Assembly (NCBI GenBank): GCA_019654055.1
Contig: BPDA01000004.1
Span: 1,097 to 65,096 of the forward strand
DNA: 64,000 nt
Origin: Methanobacteriota archaeon
GTDB taxonomy: Archaea; Thermoplasmatota; Poseidoniia; Poseidoniales; Thalassarchaeaceae
Reading direction: 5' to 3'
Both the position numbers and the translations under genes were made by a program. The first letter of the stretch is position 1. Each line of letters opens with the position of its first letter. Shown here piece after piece: positions 10,901 through 21,800 of the stretch. Under the pieces are notes generated by a model. It did not search any database, was not told where the DNA came from, and worked only from the letters and a program-made list of their open reading frames with translations.

Positions 10901-12790
10901 TGCTCCTGTCCAACAGTCAGGAGGACACACTCTCACTGTTCATCACTACTCTCGCCCAGGGTGACCGGCGGTACAACGGCGGAGGCGGTTTCACCGAGGC
11001 ATTCCGCTCGGCGATCTCCGAGCATATGTCGGAGAGCCAACTCAGCGAGTACGATGAGATCCTGTCGCTCGGAGTGGGTGACCAAGGATTCGTCCTCGAC
11101 CGATCCATGGCGGTGCTCGCAACCGATGACAAGACGGAACTTCTCAGGGGACACTTCCTCGGACCAGATGGAATACCCGATGATGAAGAGGTCTGGATTG
11201 TCATGATTGGCGGTATCCAGATGGGTAATTCCACCACCAACGAGACGGAGGCTATGGAGCTGTATAACGCAACCAGACTGAACAACGCTATGTTCGATAT
11301 CGATACCACTCACTACCTAATCGACGACTACAGGTACACCAGCGACCTGATCGAGGACTTCAACGACGTATCGACCAGTCTGCACCGCACCAACGCGAGA
11401 TTGGCGCTCAGCAGGGCTTTCCTGACAAAAGCCTTCGACATGGGCGAATTGGTGGACATCTACCACGGAATCACCGGCTTGGAGTACGACGTCCAGAACT
11501 ACGAGGGCGATCTCGGCGAGATGGTGACACGGAATAACGACATCAGGTACTTCGCCATCGACAATAGGCTGTACCCGCTCGGTGGTGCTTACTACGCGGA
11601 CTACCAGTACCACCGCGGCCAGACCACGGGCATCTTCCACGCTCCCACCGGCCTGTCGGGCCTTGACATGGATGACTACATCACCGCGGTGTTTCGAGAC
11701 CCAGAGGGGCGACGGACCAATCATTCCACGGACCGCTGCCGAGTACGAGCAGGAGTACCTTAACGACATAATCAGGCAGAACTCGGGCGCATCCGAATCC
11801 AACGAAATCATCAGGATGGTCGACATCGACTACCAGCAGCAGCCTGCCTTCTTTGAGACGATGGTGGCGAGGTTCTACGTCGGGTACTCCACATCCTCCT
11901 TGGGCCTGCCGGGCGACGCTGCCCAACCGGCCCCCCACTTCTATACCACCGGAACTCCGGGCTCCTACCTCGAGAACGCGTATCCGCTACCGGGGGCCAT
12001 GATGAACCACTTCGCCGTGTCGAACTGGTACGACAACGAGCGCTGCGAGCTGCTCGACAACGGCTCGAATGCTGACGAGGACTGCTCCAACCCCACCATC
12101 GGCTCAGCCAACACGCAGGTCAAGGTGATGAAGTACTACAGCGGAGCCACCATCGAGGGCACAGTCGAGCTGGAGGGCTTCGGGACCATCCCTAACGCCC
12201 GCGTGATGTTCGAGCGCGACGCTTTCAGCGGCGAGGAGGTCGCAGATGAGAACGGACACGTCGTCGATGGCGACGACCGTACCTACTGGATTCCGATAGG
12301 ATACGCCGACGCAGACGAGAACGGGCGCTTCTCATTCACCGCCCCTGCAGGCAAGATCAGAGTCTCGGCTTTCATCGGTGAGCCCGACCTCGAAGCCGCC
12401 AGATCGACAATCATGATGTCGGACGTGAGCCAGACCCTGAATGACATATTCCAGCTCACCCATACCACTAGGAACGTTAACCCGATTACCGGCATCCTAG
12501 CCAACGTCTCGGGCTCCACTTGGCTTTCAGAGTCAATCGTCAACGTATCCGGTTCGGCCGGCCACAGCAACGGCTTGGAGACGGTCTACGCAAACGTCTC
12601 CGTCTCCCCTTCCCATGCCACGGGCAAGCTGGTGTGGTCGGGTGCCGAGTTCTTCGACGGAACCCCTCTCACCAACGTCAGCATCGAAACTGTCCCCGAC
12701 GTGGGACAGGGTACAACTCGCACCATACACCGTGGAGACCTCCAGCGGCGTGGTGGAGGGTCACGATCTGGCGTTTGCCGGCATCGGTGA
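7969..12790 (+). CDS. aglB: Archaeal oligosaccharyltransferase AglB (STT3 family) with extra N-terminal membrane block; frame broken near 11693-11697
   Basis: WWDYG motif at 10810-10824 (SWWDYGFQ). First-loop acidic motif GGSDPWYMKRVVDYI. Multi-TM core. About 350 aa with ~10 hydrophobic segments precede the STT3 core. ORF 7969..11763 continues in the frame of ORF 11582..12790: ...DDYITAVF then ETQRGDGPIIPRTAAEYEQEYL.... An STT3-type C-terminal region (VKVMKYYSGATIEG) is followed by beta-sandwich repeats. Confidence 0.85.
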
Positions 12791-15700
12791 GGTCACCTTC
12801 ACAGGCGAGGGCACGGTTGTCTCCCAAGGCATAGTCACCGTCACCGACTTCACGGGCAATCATACTCAGACTGTCTTCCACAACCACAGCCTGACCGGAG
12901 ACGGTCAGTTCACGGCCGTGGCACGCTAGCTGGACGGTCAACGATGACGTGGAGGTCCCGGCATGCGACATCAACTCGACGATGCCCGAGAACGAGTCTC
13001 TATGCCTGCTGGAGGACGACGACTACCTGCTCGAAGGAACGGTCAACGCGACCGGGCGCTTCACCTCGAATGGCTCCAGCACCTACGTGAGCCGCCTGAG
13101 TCACGCTACCTTGGTGGGCTCGGGCGAGTTCACCGTCGACGCATCTGAAGACCTCGACTCGTATGGCACCATCAACGGCACCTTCTCCTCAGCCTCTGGC
13201 GAGGGCATATTCGGTGGCCCTATGGTGCATCCCGGGACGTTCCACATAGTGGACGCGGTTCCCGGTGACTACGACGTCACGGTGATTTTCGAGGACGGCA
13301 CGCGCATAGGACTCGACGAAGGCTTCACAATACCAATCGTTGGCACCCCCGAGGTCAGGACCATTGACATTGCGGGCGGCTCCATCAGCGGCACCCTTGT
13401 CGATGCAACCGGAGAGCCCCTAGAGGGTGCTGTCATGCTACTCGACAACGCGTCCGAGCCTGCGGACGCAGTGGCAGACTGCGCTGAGTCGGGAACAGCG
13501 CCCTGCACGATTACTCCCGATGAGAACGGAGACTTCGAGTTCGGTCCAATCATCCCTGGCAACTACACAGCTCAGGTCGACCTCGACGGCGACGGCTTCG
13601 CCGAGGTCTCCGCCGAGTACTTCTTTGAGGAGGGAGAGGACTCATCCGTCACCTTCCCTGCCCCCGTTCCCGATACCTCCGACCTGACATTCAGGTTGCT
13701 GGAGGACGGCCAGAACGTACCTGACCTGAATGTGACGCTGCGGCTGAAGAACGGCACTGGGCAGCCGGTGTCGGCTATCTTCGACAACAACTCCGGAGAA
13801 TACATGGTCGAGCTGGTGCACGGAACATGGATCCTGAACTACACCCTCACCGAGGAGCTCCAACTCTGGGAGCAAATAGAGGTCGGCGAGGGTGACATGG
13901 ATGCCGACTACGAGTTCCGGGTCAGCCGGCTGGTAGTGGGATCGGTGTACTACGAGGAGAACATCTCCGCCGAGTTCCCCGAGCCCGACGAGGGCAAAAT
14001 TCTCGACTACATACAGGTTCGAGTTCCACTGGGGCAACTTCAGCACCGTCGCTAGCACCAACGGCTCCGGTGGCTTCAGCGTGGTCCTGCCGAAGGAGCT
14101 GTTGTCGACGCTACCGTGCAATTGCCCGGAGTCACGCTCAACCTAGTCAACGGGACCCGGTTCACCGTTACTTCAGACGGGCTGTTGGTAGACTCAGAGC
14201 TGGTGGAGCACCTCAGCATGATCGCCATGCCAGGGTACTCGGTCCAAGGTCTGGTAAGCATCAACAGGGAAGCTAACCCGTACCGCTCCACCTACGGCGG
14301 TTGGGAGCCGGTCACCGTCACAGCGGACAACCAGGAAACGAAGTAAGGTGGCACGGGCAGGTGGCCCCGGACGGGATTTTCAACATGGTGTTGCCGGCGG
14401 CAATTGGACCTTCGACCTCCGATGCGGACTGGCTGAATCCGGTGGCAACGGACCTCGAGGTCGACGGCAAGAACGACTCCATCGAGTTGGTCATCCACCC
14501 GCTAAACAGCACCCTGACAATCGAGCTCTTCCTCGACCACAGTGGTGACACAACGCCTCCAAACGGCACATACGTCACCTATCCGTTCAGGGTAATCGAC
14601 TACCTTGACAGCTCACAGGTCGTGTACGAGGTTCTAGCCAACGGCAGCGAATGGATGTCCGATGGCGTGGCCGAAATCGTCCTCGAGCCGGGTTCCTACA
14701 GAATCGATGTGGAGACCTCCGATCCCATTGCAGGGGACCCGTTCGGAACTAGGATTATGTCGGGCACCACGCAGTTCGACGTCGGCCTCAACGGAAATCC
14801 GGTGACAGGTCGATAGGTTTCGACCCCGAATGGAGGATGAACATCACCTTCACTAACGAGAGCGGTGGCCTGCTTGCCGATCAACTGGTCAGAATCACCA
14901 ACGCCGAGAGCGGTTGGATGATATCGCACTTCACCGACCCCGAGGGCAGGTGGACAGCGCACGTACCCGAAGGCGAGTGGATTGTCACAATCGACGCTTT
15001 CGAGACCTCCCCCGGCGTACGCGAGATACTGCGTGAACTCGTCATCGGTCTCGTCAGACACGGCATCGGATGACATCTCCATGTCGACTGGAGAAGTGGC
15101 GAGCTTCGACATAGTCTTGTATGAGGATTACTCGGGAGATGTCCTCGAGGGAATCTCGCTGGAACTCGTCTCGGAAGATGGCCTGGGAATGATTCACTTG
15201 GATTCCACCGACTCTTCAGGAGGAGTCAGTGCGGACGTGGCTCCAGGGAACTGGAATCTGGAGTTGAATATGACTGAGGACAGGGTTCGCTGGATAGTGG
15301 ATTCTAGCAACGAGACATTGTTCGAGGTTTCCGCTGGAGGGAACACAGCATTGAATCTCACAGCATCTAGGATGGTCGAATTCGGAGGCAACATCTACTG
15401 GGATTTCGACGACGACAACGCCTCCGATGTCGGTGAGGGTGTGGCCAACGTCACCGTGAACATATCCTCTAACGACACCAACATTTCCCTTCTCACCGAC
15501 CAATCGGGAGATTGGGCAGTCTACGTGCCATCGGGGACCTACTGGCACGTCCAGACAGGTATCGAGGGTTATTCATCTGAGAACCGCTCAGTCTCGGTAA
15601 GCACTTCGCCGAATACCGTCGACATCGAGCTGACGGCTGGATCAGTCGATGTGAGTGGACACATCTCATACATCGATGACGAGCAATTCGCGACTATTTC

Positions 15701-17473
15701 CGATGGGACGGTTATGGAGCTGATTCCCGTGGAGGGAATGGTCCGCGACCCGGTAGTCCCCGACAAGGTCCTCGTGGACGGAGTCTGGATGGGTAACTGG
15801 ACAGCCCAAGTTGAGCCAGGCGATTGGATTCCTCCGAGTGGCTCACGAGGAGGATGGGCTAGTGGCGATGGCCCTGCTCGAGGCCGATGTCGCAACAGGC
15901 GGTTCGCTGGACCTCGAACTCACAATCGGAGGTTGGATACACCTCGACACGGAGTGGCTGGACTACGATGGGAACTCCCGCACTCTGGCAGATACGGATG
16001 TCGAGGGAGCAGATATCGTTGATGAGCCAGAGCTGATTCTCAATGTCGGCATGGGCATGAGATGGGTAGCCCCAATCAGCGAGGACGGATCCCTCCAGAT
16101 ACTTCTCATCGCAGGCATGATAGACACATCCAGCGAGTTCGAGGTCATTCAGAGGAACCTGACGATGACGTACACCGGAGGTCAGGGCATCACGGTCTCC
16201 CCGGTCAAGAGGCACCTCCTGCCATCCTGCCCTCACGTGAGAGTTGCCAATCATGAGCTATCGGCAATTACTCTCAACATTTCCCTGGATCCGACCCGGA
16301 GTTCAATGGGAGTGTCGACGATGTCAGGGTACTCTTGGACTCAGAAGGAGGATTCGAACCTGTGGAATTCATTCTCGGCATCGAATATTTGGGTCATGAG
16401 CCGTTCGATGCATTCAGCATCATCGGAGGGACTGCCGGCACCGATGCAAGTGATTGGCTGGTGGATTTTCACAACGGTTCCGGTGAGTGGAATTCCACCG
16501 CTTACTTTGACATGGGTCGGGAAACAACACCATGAATTTCAGCAACCTCAATGTCAGGGTCACCCCTGCGAATCAGTCAGTTGCCCACTCCTTCAAAGGA
16601 AGGCCATTCCGTGCCCTCTTACTTTTCCCCCTCAGGATGGGTACATGTACGTTCACACCTTGACGGTCAGAATCCCTCAGATTCACAATTTCAAACCTCT
16701 GGGAGGAAATTGATGAGGCGTATGGGATTCAGCCAGGTAAAATCGATAAAGCATCGGAATAATGATTCTCCAACCGGTAATGGCGATAAACCGTTCGAAT
16801 TCAAAGTTCGATGACTCTAAAGCTTCCTGATGGATGGGTCAGGAGGGGTAAACTGCGCACACCCCTGGCGCCTTATTGAACTACTCATACCCTCATGTTT
16901 CAGCCCCCGGCCAACGCGAGTGAGGAGGATTTCAAATCTATGTGCCCAAGAGACAAGGCCAACAACACCTATCCCAAACATCGAGATTCATGTCAAGACA
17001 TCCATGCCCGAATTGAGCATCGAGTCCCCACCAGCTCTACAGGGGGGGGGACCCGGTCTCTGGCAAAGTCGAGCTCTACTCGGTGGTCGTCAGGAACGAC
17101 GGGCTAATCGACGCGCAGATGGTTAAAGCTCAACGGGACCCTGTGCACGGACCTGAACTGCAACGACCCCCGACAGGAGTCACAGGCACCGACCCCTAGA
17201 GACGTGCCGGCGGGCTCCGAGGTCGTGTTCGATATTGCGCTGGACCTCACGAGCACCGACCCCAAAACCCACTACATCCAACTCGAACTCAACAACTCGG
17301 GATTCGACTCGGTGGAGGATTATGACCCCTTTCCCAAAGGTCAAGATCCGCTCCCCGGCAATCGAGGAAACCACAGACTGGATTGGATGGCTCCTGGGGG
17401 CGTTGCTCGTTTGGGAGCGCTCCTGCTTCTGACTAGGGGCGGCGGCAGGCGAAGGTCGTCAGCACCGTTCTGA
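12615..17473 (+). pseudogene. Continuation of the aglB reading frame (or a separate gene): carboxypeptidase-regulatory/CARDB-like repeat surface protein, heavily frame-disrupted, ending in a TM anchor
   Basis: Same-strand ORF fragments tile all three forward frames: 12615..12929, 12949..14055, 14116..14346, 14301..14816, 14837..15073, 14982..16022, 15811..16713, 16335..16535, 16551..16814, 16830..17126 and 17204..17473. Protein-like sequence reads across each junction, for example FTAVA then SWTVNDDVEVPACD, and AQVEPGDWI then LRVAHEEDG. A G9 run sits at 17042-17050. The last fragments encode ...WIGWLLGALLVWE.. LLLLTRGGGRRR (TM plus basic stop-transfer). No competing long antisense gene. Confidence 0.6.
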
Positions 17474-17533
17474 TGACTCTGCCTGACCTATAGGGCTATG
17501 ACTCTCCGGCGCGCGGCACGGTGAGGGTAGAGC

Positions 17534-18769
17534 ATGGGAACTATGGACAACCTCGAGCTGCTGCCCGAGCCCGAAGAGCCTAGGATGATGACCACCATCG
17601 ACCCCGATGCTCCGGGCTACCCGGGAGAAGCCTACGGCGTCTCGGACGAGGAGGCGAGGGAGTTGCGATCTCCCGCCTTCCCCTTGAGGGAGATTCTGTG
17701 GCCATGGGGGGCAATCACATTCGCATTCGGAGCGGCATTCATGCTGCTGGTCTGGCCCCACATCAACGCCTACCTAGCTCCCGTGCTGCCTGAGACGGAA
17801 TGGGCCTACGAGTCGACCGGGATTCGGGAGCTGCAGGACTCGGGGCTGGACGGCTCGGGGATTCACGTTTGCATGGTTGACACTGGCATCGACGCCTCGC
17901 ACCCGGACTTCTCCAATCTGACCCTGACGGGGTTCAGGGACTTCTACGAGGACGAGCACGACCTCGTCAGGGACGTGGGCGAGGATTCGCACGGGACCAT
18001 GATGGCCGGACTCCTAGTTGCTGATGGCAAGCTCCGCGGAGCAGCCCCCGGAGTCGACCTCTCGGTCGCTCTGGCCCTCGGTCCATCGGGCACATCTGGG
18101 CAGGAGGATATGGTCGCTCAGGCCATCCGGTGGTGCAGGATAACTCAGAAGGCAGACATAGTCAGCCTCAGCCTCGGCAGCGAGCCTGGCGACGGCATGG
18201 GGATTCAGTCCGAGACCACACTAGCCGTGCAGGAGGCCCTAGACGCTGGCATCTTCGTGGTCGCCGCGGCCGGCAACACCGGGGACGACCCCGACATCTC
18301 TGACGTCTCGGTCCCTGCCAACCTCCCCGGAGTGATAGCAGTGGGGGCATCCACACGCAGCGGCAGCGTGTGGTCAAACTCCGCAGACGGCTCCTTGGAC
18401 AATCCCTATGGCGATGGAAACAGGAGCTACCCCGATCAAAAACCCGAGGTCACCGCTCCTGGTGTGCTTCTGTTCTCGACGACCACGACGCTAATCGAGC
18501 CGCCTTACGCGTATTCCACCGGAACCAGTGACTCGACAGTCTTGGTCACCGGCGCACTAGCGCTGATTCTCGAGCTGCATGGCGCCGCACTGGCAGGCGA
18601 TGACGGGGTCATCGATTCCGAGGGCATGGGAATCGTCAAGAGGGCCCTAGCGAGTTCTTGTGACAAGACCGGCATCGATGGCAGTCCGCACGATACCCGA
18701 GGTGGGTACGGAATGCTTGATGCAGTTCAGTGGGCTTCCGACATCGCATTCGAGTTGAATCTGGCCTGA
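17534..18769 (+). CDS. Subtilisin-like serine protease (peptidase S8), N-terminally membrane anchored
   Basis: D-H-S order: HVCMVDTGIDASHPDF, DSHGTMMAGLLVA, VVAAAGNTG (oxyanion Asn), YSTGTSDSTVLVTGALALI. A hydrophobic helix (WPWGAITFAFGAAFMLLVWP) lies near the N-terminus. Confidence 0.85.
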   Translation: MGTMDNLELLPEPEEPRMMTTIDPDAPGYPGEAYGVSDEEARELRSPAFPLREILWPWGAITFAFGAAFMLLVWPHINAYLAPVLPETEWAYESTGIRELQDSGLDGSGIHVCMVDTGIDASHPDFSNLTLTGFRDFYEDEHDLVRDVGEDSHGTMMAGLLVADGKLRGAAPGVDLSVALALGPSGTSGQEDMVAQAIRWCRITQKADIVSLSLGSEPGDGMGIQSETTLAVQEALDAGIFVVAAAGNTGDDPDISDVSVPANLPGVIAVGASTRSGSVWSNSADGSLDNPYGDGNRSYPDQKPEVTAPGVLLFSTTTTLIEPPYAYSTGTSDSTVLVTGALALILELHGAALAGDDGVIDSEGMGIVKRALASSCDKTGIDGSPHDTRGGYGMLDAVQWASDIAFELNLA

Positions 18770-18856
18770 ATGACGGGAATTAGCCCCGAACCGCCAATCG
18801 AGCCTACGGCTCGACGCTACCCTATGATTAAATCCGTTCCCGATTCCCCGTGACGC

Positions 18857-21800
18857 ATGGCTAACGCCAGACGCATGCGCAGTCACCTTCTCGTCATGCT
18901 GATGCTGACGAGCCTTTTCGTCGCCCTTGTCGGTCCTGCTGCCCCTGTCTCCGCCAACAACGAGACCACCTCCGGGACCATCTCTGGCACCGAGACCTGG
19001 TCGGGCACGCACACCCTCTCGGGCGATGTCGTGATTGCGTCCGGGGCCAAACTCATCATCCAACCCGGCACCCTGGTCATATTCCCCAATGGCACCCATC
19101 TGGACGTTCGAGGCAACCTGTGCGCCGGGGTATCCAGCTGCGGCGCCAGCACCAACTCCAACTCGGCTTCGAAGATTACCATGCGCTGGACCGACCCAGC
19201 CAACGGCAGCGCCACCGGCGAGTGCTACGGGATGAGCTACGGTAACCAGCAGATTTGGGTCAGGGACCCATCGTGCTACGAAGGAGTTCTGATTCGCAAC
19301 TCAATCGACCTATCCCAGACCGGCTTGAGGCACATCACCATCGACGGCGCCTGGGGGATTCCCTACTACATCCCGACCGTGTATCAGTGGAGGTACGGAG
19401 CCATGGTCATCGACGGCGCGGCCCCGGTCCTGACGGAAATCGAATTCACTGACATCAACACCACCAGCCTACTGACCACCAACCTCGCTCAGCCCCATCT
19501 CATGGGAGGGGAGTTCACTGTTGGCACCGACGATGAGAGCAACGTGCGCGGCTCGGCGATTCAGATTTACGGCTCTGGAACGCCGGTGACGCCCCTGATT
19601 CTTGATTCTCCTGAGTTCATCGGCACCAACGTAGGTTGCAGCCGACAGGCCCCTAGCCGCCCTGCAGTGTGGGCCGAGGACACATTCATCGAGGTTGACG
19701 ACGCCAGTTTGTCTGGCGACTACGGCATCAGCATGCGACATTCCGCAGGCATCATCTCCAACTCAGTCTTCACCGTGAACTGCAACGGCATCGACATCAA
19801 CAGCAGGAAATCGGTCTCCAACGTCGACTACTCCATCGAGGTAATCGCCAATGAGATAGAGACCGGGGATGGCGCCCCGATTACCGTCTTTCAGGGCGGT
19901 TTGGCGAATATCGTCGCCAACGACATGGAGGGCGCCGCTGAGTCGTCTGGAATAGCCATCGAGTCAAGTGAGGTCACGATATACAACAACGACATCGGGC
20001 CGGTCGGGGGCTGGAATGGGCTCTGGCTGCTCGGCTCGTTCGATGTCGTCGCGGAGAACAACACCATCCATGGTATCGCCAGAGAGCCGGTGAGGGCGGG
20101 CGAGTACGGCAGCAGCGCTCCTGCACCCTCGGCCTCTAGGATATACCTCGCTAACAACACCATCTCCAGCGATGGCTCGGGAGTCTGCTCGGAGACCAAG
20201 TACGACGACTGGGGCGGCGACTTCACCTGTCCCGTGGTGCACGCATACAGAGCCGGCGTCTCGATGTACGACAACACGATCAACGTTCCAGCTACCTCCG
20301 ACGCTGACGGAATACGGGCAGTCGGCGCCCTGCTGGACATACAGAGGAACACCTTCAACATCCCGGGCACGGGGGCCATAGTGACCAACTACGACGACGG
20401 CTTCGCCGGCTCCCAACAGTACGGAACACTCGGCTTCTTCTCGCAGAACACCTGGTCTGGTGTGGGCATGACGTACAACGTGTCGAACAGCGCGATCACC
20501 GTACAGTCGGAGTATATCCCGAGCCCCCCGCCAGGGGAGTACCCGGTTCAGCTCGTCTGGTCCAGCCAAGAGGCATGGCCGGCCAACCAGTTCCAGACCT
20601 CGATTGTGCCGACCTTCGTCAAGGAGTGCCCTAATTGCGACGACTTCACCCCTCGGGGATTCCCCTTGGCAGTCAACATGGACAACAACTCCACCACCTT
20701 CACCTTCGCCAACCTGTCCAACCTCGATCGCACCAAGATACACATCGAGACCCAACCGACCCCATATGCGGTTCAGGTGCGCAGAGCCGAGATGGTACGC
20801 TTCCAGACGCTGGTTGAGGGCGAGCGAGTCCAGGACACAAATGTCCTGATTGAGGACGCTCTAGGAAACGATCTGTACTCGCTGTATACGGACAACGACG
20901 GCTATACGCCGTGGTTCGCACTGCCCTCTGATTTCCATCTCGACATAAGGGGGCTGGGCGGAGGGGACAACCCCGACGGCTTCGCTGATGACGAGTACGA
21001 GGACTCCTGCTTCGACGGCATCGACAACGACGGCGACCTGACCGTCGACTCCGATGACGAGGACTGCGATCACCTTGCAGGCACTAGGGAACTTTCACGC
21101 TACTACTACACCGCGTACAAGTTCGGCTCGGGGTACGCCCGCAGCGACTTCACCTTGTCTGACACCACACTGCAGGACACTGTCAACCTCGTCAATCAGG
21201 CCCCTACCGTTTACATCACGCAGTCTGACGGTCACTCATACCGCAGAGTAGTCAACCTATCGGGAAGCGCTCACGACGGGCAGTTGGCAGGCATCTACGC
21301 CACGGACGAGTTGGCCCAGTGGGACCAAGGAGGATATGTCCACGAGGTCCAGATCAGGGACCCCTTCACCAGCGAATGGAGCTCCGCGGGACTCGCAGTG
21401 GACACCAGCGGCATGGCCGAGGGACAGGTCACCAAGGCCAACCGGCCGTTCAGCTCTTGGTACTACGAGATCGACATGAGCAACAGGGAGGAGGGCGACT
21501 ACGTGTTCGAGTTCAGGGCGTTCGACGGCATCGACTACAGCCCCATCATCTACCGCACGGTCAAGCTCAACGTGCAGGCCCCGACGATCTCGGTGACCTC
21601 CCCGAGCTCGTTTTCGACCCACTCTGAGGGAACCGTTACCTTCGAGGGAACGGCCTTCGACCACTACGGCTGTCCGATACAGTGCAGCTCCGACATCCAG
21701 GACATTTACTTCCACATCGAAGGTCCCAACTTCGACGTGACCACCCCTGCAGAGGGCGGGCCTGACTGGTCGTGGACCTGGGACTTCAGCGGCCTGCCGA

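Noticed and set aside
16701-16830. A C/D-box sRNA suggested by TGATGA-like and CTGA-like strings in the AT-rich patch.
   Set aside because: The boxes are not at the C-D'-C'-D spacing (about 12-nt guides), and no terminal pairing exists.
19964-20755. Long antisense ORFs inside large genes: 19964..20755(-), 4328..4882(-), 28269..28844(-), 45779..46288(+), 52562..53404(+), 47387..48283(+).
   Set aside because: They lie entirely within, and opposite or out of frame to, genes with clear motifs. They are Arg/Pro/Gly/Ser-rich, as expected for shadow ORFs in high-GC DNA, and contain no recognisable domains.
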